The position numbers and the translations under genes are program-made. Source: Candidatus Peregrinibacteria bacterium CG10_big_fil_rev_8_21_14_0_10_49_10 (lineage in GTDB: Bacteria > Patescibacteriota > Gracilibacteria > Peribacterales > Peribacteraceae). From it: 54,327 nucleotides of DNA. The notes beneath the pieces were generated by a model. It was given only the letters and a program-made list of their open reading frames with translations. It had not been told where the DNA came from and did no database searches. Below are positions 37,463 through 46,281 of the stretch, one piece after another. Location: positions 1 through 54,327 of the forward strand of contig PFDR01000065.1 of the NCBI GenBank assembly GCA_002772545.1, read 5' to 3'. Each line of letters opens with the position of its first letter. Positions within the stretch are counted from its first letter, which is position 1.

Positions 37463-38167
37463 ATGAACTTTACAATTTCTCCTACTGTCTTTGAAAAGCA
37501 TCCCGGTCTTACCGTGGGTGTTATTGTCACCACACAAATAGATAATGCAAAGACACACCCGGAAATAGCACAGTTGCTGCGCCAGGAAGAAGCACATATT
37601 CGCAGCAGTATGGACCCCGACACCTTTCGGGACCATCCGCACATCGCTTCGCTGCAGGAAGTGCATCGCTCGTTTGGCAGTAACCCCAACAAGTTCCCTC
37701 CTTCCGTTCAGGCACTGGTGAAACGCGTGCTAAAGGGCGGTACATTGCCGAGTATCAATTCTCTTGTGGATGTGTATAACATCATTTCCCTGCGCTACGT
37801 CATCTGTGCAGGCGCAGAAGATACCGATGCCTGCAACGGAGACATCCAGCTGGCTTTTGCAGATGGCAACGAAGCGTTCCTGCCCCTTGGTGAGCAGGAA
37901 CACGCACCACCGGAAGCAGGTGAACTTGTGTACAAAGATCATGCAGGCATCATCTGCCGCAAACTCAACTGGCGGGAAGGCGACCGGACCAAAATTACAG
38001 ATAGCACAAAGAATGCCGTGGTTGTCGTGGAAGGATTTCCACCGTTCCCAAAGAAGCAGTTGGAGCAGGCACTGGAAGAACTGGCAAACCTCCTGCAAAA
38101 GTATTGCCGGGCAACGACAAGAATAGAAGTATTACATACAGATAAGACGGATTGCATAGTCCACTAG
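37463..38167 (+). CDS. B3/B4 (PheRS-beta editing-like) domain protein
   Basis: PSVQAL.KR, LPSINSLVDVYN.IS, GELVYKD, NWRE...TKIT. Confidence 0.88.
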   Translation: MNFTISPTVFEKHPGLTVGVIVTTQIDNAKTHPEIAQLLRQEEAHIRSSMDPDTFRDHPHIASLQEVHRSFGSNPNKFPPSVQALVKRVLKGGTLPSINSLVDVYNIISLRYVICAGAEDTDACNGDIQLAFADGNEAFLPLGEQEHAPPEAGELVYKDHAGIICRKLNWREGDRTKITDSTKNAVVVVEGFPPFPKKQLEQALEELANLLQKYCRATTRIEVLHTDKTDCIVH

Positions 38168-39084
38168 GGAACTAAGTGAATCCTTCCCTGCCTCTTCAGT
38201 GTAGATACATACTGCCCGCAGTTGCTGCCTATCTGGTTTTCTTCCAGAGCTCCTATACTCACCAAACTCTCAAAACCATGCCGTGCAAGATCCTCTACAA
38301 GTGCCTGGACCGACTGACCGTCGTACGGATCTAACTTTGTTTGAAGATGATTTGTTTCTGCCATACCTGTGGGATTCAAAGGCGTAAGCTTGATAATAAA
38401 CTTTGCAGGATCAAAGTGCTGCGCAAGTACGGTGGGTTCAATGGGATACTCCTCCATCACAATAAAGTTGAGGGTAATCTTTCTGTCTCCCTCTTCGTAG
38501 AAACGCTCTCCAAATGCAGCAATGTCATCCAAATCCATTTTGCGGATGGGAATGAGTTTGTCTCTCATTTTTTTATCCGTGGTATGAACCGAAAACTGCA
38601 TCTGGAACATACCACTCCCATACAATCGCTTTTTAATCTCTGTAAGGCGCCGAAGGAAACCGTGGTCGTTCTTGGGCCCGACCGTAGAAACCGATGGGAT
38701 GAGCCCGGGGGCATGGTAATGGTGTGGCAGTTCCTCGAGTACATCCAAAATAGCAGGACAAAAAACTGGTTCCCCCATGCGGGTAAACTGCACCTTGAAC
38801 TTCTTGCAGGGAATTGTTCCGGTCGGGTACCGCCGCATGACCATATAATCGATTTGATCGAAAATTTGCTGCTCCGTAAGCACGCCGTGGCACTCCTGCC
38901 CCGCATCGCACATAAGACACTGCACAGGACACCCAATAAGACAGGAAAGAACAAGTACCCACTTTTCTTCACGTGTGTGGGGAGGCTGAATGGATTCGAC
39001 AAACTCAATAGTATGACCGTTGATCTCTGCCACATAAACTTTGGCAAGACTGTCACTACCGAATTCTTTGATGACGTTCAGCAT
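38164..39084 (-). CDS. RlmN/Cfr-like radical SAM protein (short form)
   Basis: GCPVQCLMC, MGEP, C-terminal GSNCGQ. Confidence 0.85.
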   Translation of the reverse strand: MLNVIKEFGSDSLAKVYVAEINGHTIEFVESIQPPHTREEKWVLVLSCLIGCPVQCLMCDAGQECHGVLTEQQIFDQIDYMVMRRYPTGTIPCKKFKVQFTRMGEPVFCPAILDVLEELPHHYHAPGLIPSVSTVGPKNDHGFLRRLTEIKKRLYGSGMFQMQFSVHTTDKKMRDKLIPIRKMDLDDIAAFGERFYEEGDRKITLNFIVMEEYPIEPTVLAQHFDPAKFIIKLTPLNPTGMAETNHLQTKLDPYDGQSVQALVEDLARHGFESLVSIGALEENQIGSNCGQYVSTLKRQGRIHLVP

Positions 39085-39922
39085 GAGGAGTAAGAAGAGA
39101 AAAAGTGATATCCATGGCAATACGCAATGCATCGCCGGCTGCTATGTGCACCTGACGAAATCGACTGCCGTGCACATCTCCCGCAAAGTGGATACCGGAT
39201 CGATTGTATGCAGTAATACGAGGGTAATAGGGTTCCCTGCCTACGGCAATTAATACGTAGTGTGCCTGAAGTGTTTGATTCGCACACTGTACTTCTATGC
39301 CATCACCCTTCCCTCGTACGCCCAATACGTCCAGATGTTCCAGAAAGGGAATTCCCTTCTCTTCTGCACGCACACGTAACATGGGCAAGCAGCATGCTTC
39401 ACTTCTTGTAACAAGAGTGGGAAAGTGCCCCTGTCTGTGCAAATGGAGTGCATAGTCAAATGCCGCATCTCCTCCTCCTACTACCACTATAATTGCATGA
39501 CGTGCCTCCTCCGGTACATCAGCTACTTCATAAAAAAGGGTAGTCCCCACAAGCTCTTTTTCTCCCGGAAATCCCGCCTGCTTGGCAACAGTTCCTGTGG
39601 CTATAACCACTGTGGCTCCTGTATAGCTTGCTGCTGCTGTTTTTACAACATACGCATCTTCCTCCCCACCTATCTCCACAATTTCTTCCCGAATGAGCGG
39701 TACCTGATTCTTTATGAGATGATCCTCAAAGTATGCAATGAGTTCTTTACCGGAAATACCATCCGGAAACCCCAGATAGTTCTCCACTCTGTTGGCATTA
39801 CGTAACAATCCTCCAATTCGTCCCTTTTCAAAAAGCGCTACCTTGAGACCTGACCGCTTCATGTGCACTGCAGCGGTAATGCCTGCAGGACCGGCGCCAA
39901 TGACAATACTGTCGTACGTCAT
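39056..39922 (-). CDS. TrxB-fold FAD/NAD(P)-dependent oxidoreductase lacking CxxC
   Basis: IGAGPAG, ENYLGFP, IATG, GGGDAAFD, FAGDV. Confidence 0.85.
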   Translation of the reverse strand: MTYDSIVIGAGPAGITAAVHMKRSGLKVALFEKGRIGGLLRNANRVENYLGFPDGISGKELIAYFEDHLIKNQVPLIREEIVEIGGEEDAYVVKTAAASYTGATVVIATGTVAKQAGFPGEKELVGTTLFYEVADVPEEARHAIIVVVGGGDAAFDYALHLHRQGHFPTLVTRSEACCLPMLRVRAEEKGIPFLEHLDVLGVRGKGDGIEVQCANQTLQAHYVLIAVGREPYYPRITAYNRSGIHFAGDVHGSRFRQVHIAAGDALRIAMDITFSLLTPHAERHQRIR

Positions 39923-40566
39923 GCACCCAGCATATCAGAAGTACAAAGCGGTGTTGCGAAACCGTACGAGAGATTTTGCAGGCTCAAAAGATGCATTTCT
40001 TCTGTGTAAGTAGCCAAAGCATCTGCTGGTACAAATACATCAAACCCCAAACAAAATGCTTCACGTGCTGCAGTTTCGCAACAGAGATTGGTAAGTACGC
40101 CGGTTACCACAAGACTCTGTACCTCCTTCTTTCGTAAATATTCTTCCAATTCCGTTCCCTGGAACGAGCTGTACGAGGACTTTCGTAAAAGTAGCTCCCC
40201 TTCCTGCGGTACAAGCTCCGAAGTAAGAAGGCTTTCTGCTGATCCATCCGGAACCGACTCTCCCCACCAGCGCAAAATAGGATCGTCTTCACCTTCCTGT
40301 ACCGCAAAGTATGTAAAGATAACGGGACGACCATGCCCACGAAAATGACCAACAAGATCTAAAATATTGGGAAGGATAGCTCTTCCGCTCTCCACAAACG
40401 CATGAGAGGAAGGATCCAGAAAATAGTTCTGCATGTCTATAATCAGGATTGCAGAATGCTCCACATCAAATGCATTCCAATGGAAAGAATTTTCCCGGAG
40501 TGCTGTACTCCACGCTTCTACTTTCTTCGCATCCTGTGGTCCACGGTAGTAAGACTGCTTCTGCAT
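39919..40566 (-). CDS. Isochorismatase-family cysteine hydrolase
   Basis: IIDMQNYF, K..YSSF, GVLTNLCCETAAREA; start 40566 or 40650. Confidence 0.88.
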   Translation of the reverse strand: MQKQSYYRGPQDAKKVEAWSTALRENSFHWNAFDVEHSAILIIDMQNYFLDPSSHAFVESGRAILPNILDLVGHFRGHGRPVIFTYFAVQEGEDDPILRWWGESVPDGSAESLLTSELVPQEGELLLRKSSYSSFQGTELEEYLRKKEVQSLVVTGVLTNLCCETAAREAFCLGFDVFVPADALATYTEEMHLLSLQNLSYGFATPLCTSDMLGA

Positions 40567-40686
40567 GAAGAGATTCTGGAAGGTTGTGAATGGGAGTTCA
40601 ACGAATTCCTGATGATTTTTATGACAATCAAATGCTGAAAAATGTTTCAAGGCGTATACTCTGACGTATCTCCCCCTTCTCCCATT

Positions 40687-41064
40687 ATGGAATCCTCCAC
40701 TCTCATTGCACAGCTGCTGAGCCTGGTCTACATCATTATCGGCCTCGGTATACTCGCCGATACCACACGGTACCGTTCACTCTTTGAGTCAATGCTCGGG
40801 AACCAGGTGTTTCTTTTTTTGGCAGGTATACTCTCACTGGTCATTGGATTTGTAATCGTCAAATTCCATAACACCTGGCAGGCAGACTGGAGTGTGCTCA
40901 TTACTGTAATAGGATGGATTGCCCTGGTAAAAGGAGTATTGCTCATCGTATCTCCCGATGCACTCCTGAAACAGGCACACTACTGGCTGGAGCACCTGCA
41001 GTTGGTTGCCCTGGTCACCATAGTGCTCGGACTCGCACTGGGGTATATGGGCTTTGTGGCATAG
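40687..41064 (+). CDS. Hypothetical 4-TM membrane protein
   Basis: HN.W...W..LIT.IGW...KG pattern; four hydrophobic helices. Confidence 0.75.
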   Translation: MESSTLIAQLLSLVYIIIGLGILADTTRYRSLFESMLGNQVFLFLAGILSLVIGFVIVKFHNTWQADWSVLITVIGWIALVKGVLLIVSPDALLKQAHYWLEHLQLVALVTIVLGLALGYMGFVA

Positions 41065-41131
41065 CACCCATAAAGTGCATAAAAGAGGATCTATTGGTTC
41101 TTTAGAGCTATTATTTTGGAGTTGAGAATAG

Positions 41132-41159
41132 TTGACATTAATGGAAAGTTAATTATAAT
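41132..41159 (+). promoter_or_regulatory. Consensus sigma70 promoter
   Basis: TTGACA-16-TATAAT. Confidence 0.75.
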
Positions 41160-41186
41160 GTACTTCCATTTTTACTCTTCTCTTTT

Positions 41187-42272
41187 ATGAGTACCTCAGA
41201 AAACCAGGAACAAAGCGATGGTGGTGAAGATATCAGCTTACAGGATACACAGGCAGTAGAAGTAATAGAAGCAGAAACGCCATCATCTAGCTCTGAAGTT
41301 GATACAGGTGCAAGCACCAAGGCTGTTATAGCTTCTCAGGAAGGCACATCTTCTGCACTCAGGGAAACAATTGCACCGGACTCTCCAGAGGAATTGAGGA
41401 AATTGCTCTCAGAAGCAATGGAACTTTTGGATGCAACAAAGGCACAGGAAAAAGTGTTGATGAGAGAAAAAGAAGTATTGGCTGCTGAAATAGTAAGATT
41501 AGATAAAAAGTTAGTGGAAATAACCAGTCAACAACAATCAGATAGTGCAGAGCTAGCACATACCGTACGTAATGCCTTATCTGCACCAATCGGAATGACC
41601 GAAATCCTCCTAGAAGATGAAGAGAAAGATTTAGAAGAACAAAGGAGGCTGTTAAAAATAATACTATCAGGCATGCAACAGACGATAAGATCCTTAACTG
41701 CTTTTGTAGCATCGACCGGAGTAGTAGTAGCAGAACAATCTGTAGCTGCAATGGGTGAAAGAACATCAACTGAAGAGAGAGCTCAATCGACAACAGAAGC
41801 ATCGCTGGAATTACCAGCTGCCCGAAAAGGAAGCATTCTTATTGTGGACGATGAACTTTCCATTAGAGAGTTGCTGCCTTTGCAATTGGAAGCAGCCAGT
41901 ATTCCTACCATCACCAGTACCAAAACAGCTGCTTCTGGAGAGGAAGCCCTGAAGCTCTGGGATGAAAACGATGGATTTGATCTTGTGATTACTGACGTAA
42001 GAATGCCGGGCATGACCGGTCCTGCATTAGCTGTAAAACTCAGAGAGAAGCAACCCTGCGTAAAGATACTCTTCATTACTGGCCAGGCTGGAACCGAACT
42101 GGATGATATCTATAAGGTTCTTGGGGAAAATGGTTGGGTACAAGGCCTGAGCAAGCCATATGATTTGGATGAACCAAAAGAAGGCAGGCGAAGAAATAAT
42201 CCCGATCAACCTACTCTAAAAGAACTTATACTGGATGCATTGCCTACTGACCAGGAGAAGGCTCAAAAATAA
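41187..42272 (+). CDS. Coiled-coil + HisKA-like + receiver domain protein
   Basis: ELAHTVRNALS H-box; ILIVDDE, DLVITDVRMPGMTG, FITG, SKPY. Confidence 0.8.
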   Translation: MSTSENQEQSDGGEDISLQDTQAVEVIEAETPSSSSEVDTGASTKAVIASQEGTSSALRETIAPDSPEELRKLLSEAMELLDATKAQEKVLMREKEVLAAEIVRLDKKLVEITSQQQSDSAELAHTVRNALSAPIGMTEILLEDEEKDLEEQRRLLKIILSGMQQTIRSLTAFVASTGVVVAEQSVAAMGERTSTEERAQSTTEASLELPAARKGSILIVDDELSIRELLPLQLEAASIPTITSTKTAASGEEALKLWDENDGFDLVITDVRMPGMTGPALAVKLREKQPCVKILFITGQAGTELDDIYKVLGENGWVQGLSKPYDLDEPKEGRRRNNPDQPTLKELILDALPTDQEKAQK

Positions 42273-42286
42273 ATGTAGTTATTTAG

Positions 42287-42329
42287 ATGCGCCACTTTAT
42301 CTAAACAGATTGAAGTGGCGCATTTTTTT
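42287..42329 (+). terminator. Intrinsic terminator
   Basis: ATGCGCCACTT...AAGTGGCGCAT followed by a T-run. Confidence 0.8.
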
Positions 42330-42348
42330 GGTTTAGTACCCGTGACCT

Positions 42349-42497
42349 GGAGCCGCACCCAAGGAACAAACAGTACCTAAGAAGCCTCATTCAAGGAGGC
42401 GCACTCCGGAGCCGCACCCAAGGAACAAACAGTACCCTAAGGAGCCTCATTCAAGGAGGCGCACTCCGGAGCCGCACCCACGAAGGGGTGCGGCTCC
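42349..42497. repeat. 59-60-bp tandem duplication ending in a hairpin
   Basis: Units start at 42349, 42408 and 42468 with GGAGCCGCACCC; the last copy pairs with GGGTGCGGCTCC (42486-42497). Confidence 0.85.
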
Positions 42498-42508
42498 TTC
42501 ATAACGTT

Positions 42509-42949
42509 TTACTGAATTTTGAGCGTCCTCCCCTTGCCCTTCTCCTCTTCTTTTCTCTTGGGAATGGTCACAGTGAGTTTGCCATTCTTCATGGCACACT
42601 CTGCTTTTGCTTCTTCTGCGGTAGCAGGCAAAGAAATCTGACGACAGAAGCTGCCGGAAGAACATTGTTTGCAGTAGTACTTCCTTTCTTGCTCTTCCTG
42701 TTCCTGATGCATGGTACCGGAAATGGTGAGGAGACCGTCTTCCACAGTGACCTCTATGTTTTCTTTGTCGTACCCGGGAAGGTCGGCAACGACTTGTACT
42801 TCTTTCTCTGTTTCACAGAGGTCTATCTTCGGGAGGAACATATTCCCGGACTCCTGGAAGAGTGTGGGGAAACTCCAGAAGGAGTCATCGAAGAACCGGT
42901 CAAAGGGGCTTACAAGCTGCCCCCTGTTTCGGCGTGATATAAGCTGCAT
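42509..42949 (-). CDS. Hsp20/alpha-crystallin small heat shock protein
   Basis: PKIDL.E, ADLPG, GLLTISG, GSFCRQISLP, NGKLTVTIPK. Confidence 0.93.
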   Translation of the reverse strand: MQLISRRNRGQLVSPFDRFFDDSFWSFPTLFQESGNMFLPKIDLCETEKEVQVVADLPGYDKENIEVTVEDGLLTISGTMHQEQEEQERKYYCKQCSSGSFCRQISLPATAEEAKAECAMKNGKLTVTIPKRKEEEKGKGRTLKIQ

Positions 42950-42972
42950 ACTATAAGGGGGAAAAGGATAAA

Positions 42973-43013
42973 TTAGCACTCTCCAGTGTAGAGTGCCAAC
43001 TCTAGAAAGTCAA
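42973..43013 (-). promoter_or_regulatory. CIRCE (HrcA operator) overlapping the hsp20 promoter
   Basis: TTAGCACTC-N9-GAGTGCCAA (42973-42999); TTGACT-17-TACACT on the minus strand. Confidence 0.9.
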
Positions 43014-43076
43014 GATTCTCCTTACAATTTTCCCCTCTCCTTGCAGGTCATATCTATAAGAAAAATCAAGACCGAA

Positions 43077-43150
43077 CCTTCCCTCTCCCCGCACTGAATG
43101 GAAGTGGAGGAGAGGGGTGCCCCGACCTCTAGGAGGGGCAGGGTGAGGTC
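43077..43150. repeat. REP-like palindromic element overlapping the cusA 3' end
   Basis: CCCTCTCCCC...GGAGAGGGG hairpin followed by GGGGCAGGGTGAGG. Confidence 0.45.
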
Positions 43151-46100
43151 ATCTTCTCCCGCAACATGGCAAACAACACCGGTAGTACAATGAGCGAAAG
43201 GAAAATAGATGTGGTAAGACCGGCTACCACAACCAATGCGAGCGGTTTTTGCACTTCTGCTCCTGTTCCTGTGGTTATGAGCATGGGCAGGAGTCCGAGG
43301 ATGGAAGTAAACGCTGTCATAAGAATGGGACGCAGACGGAGCGTGGCTCCTTCCAATACCGCTGCATGAATCCCCTCTTTGGTAATGCGCTGCGCCGGAT
43401 CACGCATGTACGCACCTTCTTCTTCCATAAGAGGTAAACCGAACTGCGCACGGAAGGCATTTTCCAGGTACACAATGATCACCACTCCCGTTTCCACGGC
43501 ATTACCGAAGAGTGAAATAAAGCCCACCCACACTGCCACCGAAAAGTTGTAATCTGCAATGAAGAGCGCAACCACTCCTCCTACAAGACTGAGTGGAATG
43601 GTAAGCATAACAATGGAAACAAGGCTGAGATCCTTATAGGTAAGATAGAGCAGAAGGAAGATGATAAAGATAACAATGGGTACGACAACAGCCAACTTCT
43701 TCTTGGCACGCAACTGGTTCTCGTACTGCCCTGTCCACTCCAATGCGTACCCTGTCGGGAGTTCCAGATTCTGTTCCAGGTACTCCTGTGCACTTCGCAC
43801 AAAAGAGACAAGGTCTATGCCCTGCGCATCGGTTTGTACCACAGCAAGCAACCTGCCATTCTCACTCTTAATCATAGCGGGCCCATCCACAAGACGAATG
43901 GTTGCCACACTGTCCAAAAGTACCTGAGTGCCGTTCGTACCATGAAGAGGCAATGATTTTACGTCTTCAAGATCCTGCCGGAAGGATTGCTGCAGGCGTA
44001 CCTGTACGCCATAGCGCTCACGCCCCTCTATAGTTGTGGTCACGAGCGCCCCGCCGACCCCTGCGGCGATGGTTTTGAGAGCATCACCTTTGAGGATGCC
44101 ATACTGCGCCAGAAGCTCATCGTTTAAATCTATATTGAGATAGCGCAAACCCATGGTGCGAATGGCAACGGTATCTGCTGCACCCGGAACATTGCCGAGC
44201 ATGCCCTCGATCTGTAGAGCAATCTTTTCGAGTTCCACAGGATCATCTCCAAAAATCTTCACACCTATTTGGCTCCGAATGCCGGTAGAAAGCATATCCA
44301 CACGCCCAATGATGGGCTGCGTAAAACTGTTCCAGAGATTTTTTGTACGGGTGGCTTTGTTTATTTCCGCAATGAGCTTCTGTTTGGTCATGCCCTTGCG
44401 CCACTGTTCTTTGGGCTTGAGCGTAATGAATGTTTCAAACATGGCAAGAGGAGCAGGGTCTGTGGCGGTATCTGCTCTTCCTGCTTTGCCGACCACTGTT
44501 TCCACTTCGGGGAATTGTGAAATAATTTTATTGGTCTGGAGCAGAAGTTCCTGTGCACGCTCTTCGGAGACATCGGGGATGGTAATGGGCATATACATGA
44601 TGGATCCCTCGTTGAGGGGAGGCATGAATTCCGAACCAATCTGCATCATGGCAACGACACCCGAAAGAATCAGAATGCCCATAGTCACCAGAACCTTTCT
44701 GCGATGTTCCAGAGCCCAGAGCAGGAGCGGTTCATACTTACTCTGCAAGTAACGTACAACGGGAATTTCCTGGTCTCCCCGCAAGTTTCCTTTAAGGAAG
44801 AATACGGAAAGAAGGGGTACAAGAAACAAAGCTGCAATGAGCGCACCGAGCATGGCAAAAACATTGGTAAATGCCAGAGGTGCAAAAAGTTTTCCTTCCA
44901 TACCTTCTAAGAAAAAGATGGGAAGGAAGGAAAGAATAATAATAAAGATAGCAAACACAATGGGCCTGCCTACTTCCAGAGTGGCTTCCAGTACACGTTG
45001 TACCCTCTCTTGAGGGGAATGAGGCGGGAATTGCAGAAGCTTACGATAGGCATTTTCACTGATGACAATAGCGCTATCCACCATGGTCCCAATAGCTATG
45101 GCTATGCCTCCCAAACTCATAATATTGGAGGGTAAGCCAAAAAGGCGCATGAAAATGAATGTCATGAGCACACCCATGATGAGTGCAATGGACGTGATAA
45201 TGGTTGAGCCGATATGCCAGAGAAACACACCCAACACGAGAGCGGTAATAACCAGTTCCTGACTGAGTACGCTGCTGAGCGTATGGATAGCACTTAAAAT
45301 GAGAGACGTGCGATCGTAGAATGGTTTGATGGTCACACCAGTAGGCAGCGTCTGTTCCACTTCCGTGATTCTTTTCTGTACAGCATCTATAACGGCAAGC
45401 GGATTTTCTCCGTAGCGCATAACCACTATCCCCCCGACTTTCTCTGCTCTTCCGTCTGCAAGAATGGCACGCCGGAACATACCGGATGTACGTACTTCGC
45501 CAATATCTGTGATGGTAAGCGGCATACCGTCCTGCCGCATACCCACAGTAATATGAGCAATATCATCGGGGCTCTGGAAGAACCCAAGACCCTGTATGGC
45601 CACTTCCCGTCCGCCGGTATCCACCACCTTACCGGATACGTTGTTGTTTCCCTGCATAATGGCATCCATCACCTGCATGATGCGCAGGTTGTATTGCTGT
45701 AACTTTAAAGGATCCAGAACCCCCTGATACGTTTTTACATACCCGCCGACAGATGCGACTTCTGCGACCCCGGGAACACTCTGGAGCGCATAACGGACAG
45801 TAAAGTCCTGTATGGACCGCAGCTCTGTAAGTGAATGCGTATCACTCTCAAGTGTATACATAAAGATCTGACCGAGCCCCGTAGCATCGGGACCAAGGAT
45901 GGGCGTGACACCCATGGGCAACTGCATTTGAGCAAGACTCAGACGTTCGGAAACACGATCACGGGCAAAGTAAATATCTACATCGTCAGTAAAAATAACT
46001 GTGACCATGGAAACACCCAGCATGGAAGAAGCCCGAATAGTCCGAACACCGGCAAGTCCCTGCATGCTCACTGTGAGAGGATACGTAATTTGATCTTCTA

Positions 46101-46281
46101 TATTCTTGGGACTTTGCCCGGTCCATTCGGTCATCACCACCACCTGATTTTCGGAGAGATCGGGAATGGCATCCACAGGGGTTTGGATGACGGAAAGTAT
46201 GCCCACTATGGTCAGCACACCAAAGAATACAAGGGTCAGAAACCTGTTTTGAAGAGCCTTTGTAATGAGGAAATTGATCAT
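43129..46281 (-). CDS. cusA: CusA/CzcA heavy-metal efflux RND permease
   Basis: DAIPDLSENQV, GPDATGLG, NIMSLGGIAIAIG.MVD, DPAPLAM.ET, RLRPILMT. Confidence 0.95.
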   Translation of the reverse strand: MINFLITKALQNRFLTLVFFGVLTIVGILSVIQTPVDAIPDLSENQVVVMTEWTGQSPKNIEDQITYPLTVSMQGLAGVRTIRASSMLGVSMVTVIFTDDVDIYFARDRVSERLSLAQMQLPMGVTPILGPDATGLGQIFMYTLESDTHSLTELRSIQDFTVRYALQSVPGVAEVASVGGYVKTYQGVLDPLKLQQYNLRIMQVMDAIMQGNNNVSGKVVDTGGREVAIQGLGFFQSPDDIAHITVGMRQDGMPLTITDIGEVRTSGMFRRAILADGRAEKVGGIVVMRYGENPLAVIDAVQKRITEVEQTLPTGVTIKPFYDRTSLILSAIHTLSSVLSQELVITALVLGVFLWHIGSTIITSIALIMGVLMTFIFMRLFGLPSNIMSLGGIAIAIGTMVDSAIVISENAYRKLLQFPPHSPQERVQRVLEATLEVGRPIVFAIFIIILSFLPIFFLEGMEGKLFAPLAFTNVFAMLGALIAALFLVPLLSVFFLKGNLRGDQEIPVVRYLQSKYEPLLLWALEHRRKVLVTMGILILSGVVAMMQIGSEFMPPLNEGSIMYMPITIPDVSEERAQELLLQTNKIISQFPEVETVVGKAGRADTATDPAPLAMFETFITLKPKEQWRKGMTKQKLIAEINKATRTKNLWNSFTQPIIGRVDMLSTGIRSQIGVKIFGDDPVELEKIALQIEGMLGNVPGAADTVAIRTMGLRYLNIDLNDELLAQYGILKGDALKTIAAGVGGALVTTTIEGRERYGVQVRLQQSFRQDLEDVKSLPLHGTNGTQVLLDSVATIRLVDGPAMIKSENGRLLAVVQTDAQGIDLVSFVRSAQEYLEQNLELPTGYALEWTGQYENQLRAKKKLAVVVPIVIFIIFLLLYLTYKDLSLVSIVMLTIPLSLVGGVVALFIADYNFSVAVWVGFISLFGNAVETGVVIIVYLENAFRAQFGLPLMEEEGAYMRDPAQRITKEGIHAAVLEGATLRLRPILMTAFTSILGLLPMLITTGTGAEVQKPLALVVVAGLTTSIFLSLIVLPVLFAMLREKMTSPCPS

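Noticed and set aside
21239-40566. Phenazine cluster (PhzE-like + isochorismatase + DAHP synthase)
   Set aside because: The genes are unlinked, the hydrolase keeps a catalytic Cys unlike PhzD, the DAHP synthase is class I rather than PhzC type, and no phzA/B/F/G is present.
42349-42497. Possible mini CRISPR array
   Set aside because: The intervening segments are near-identical rather than unique spacers, and there are no cas genes.
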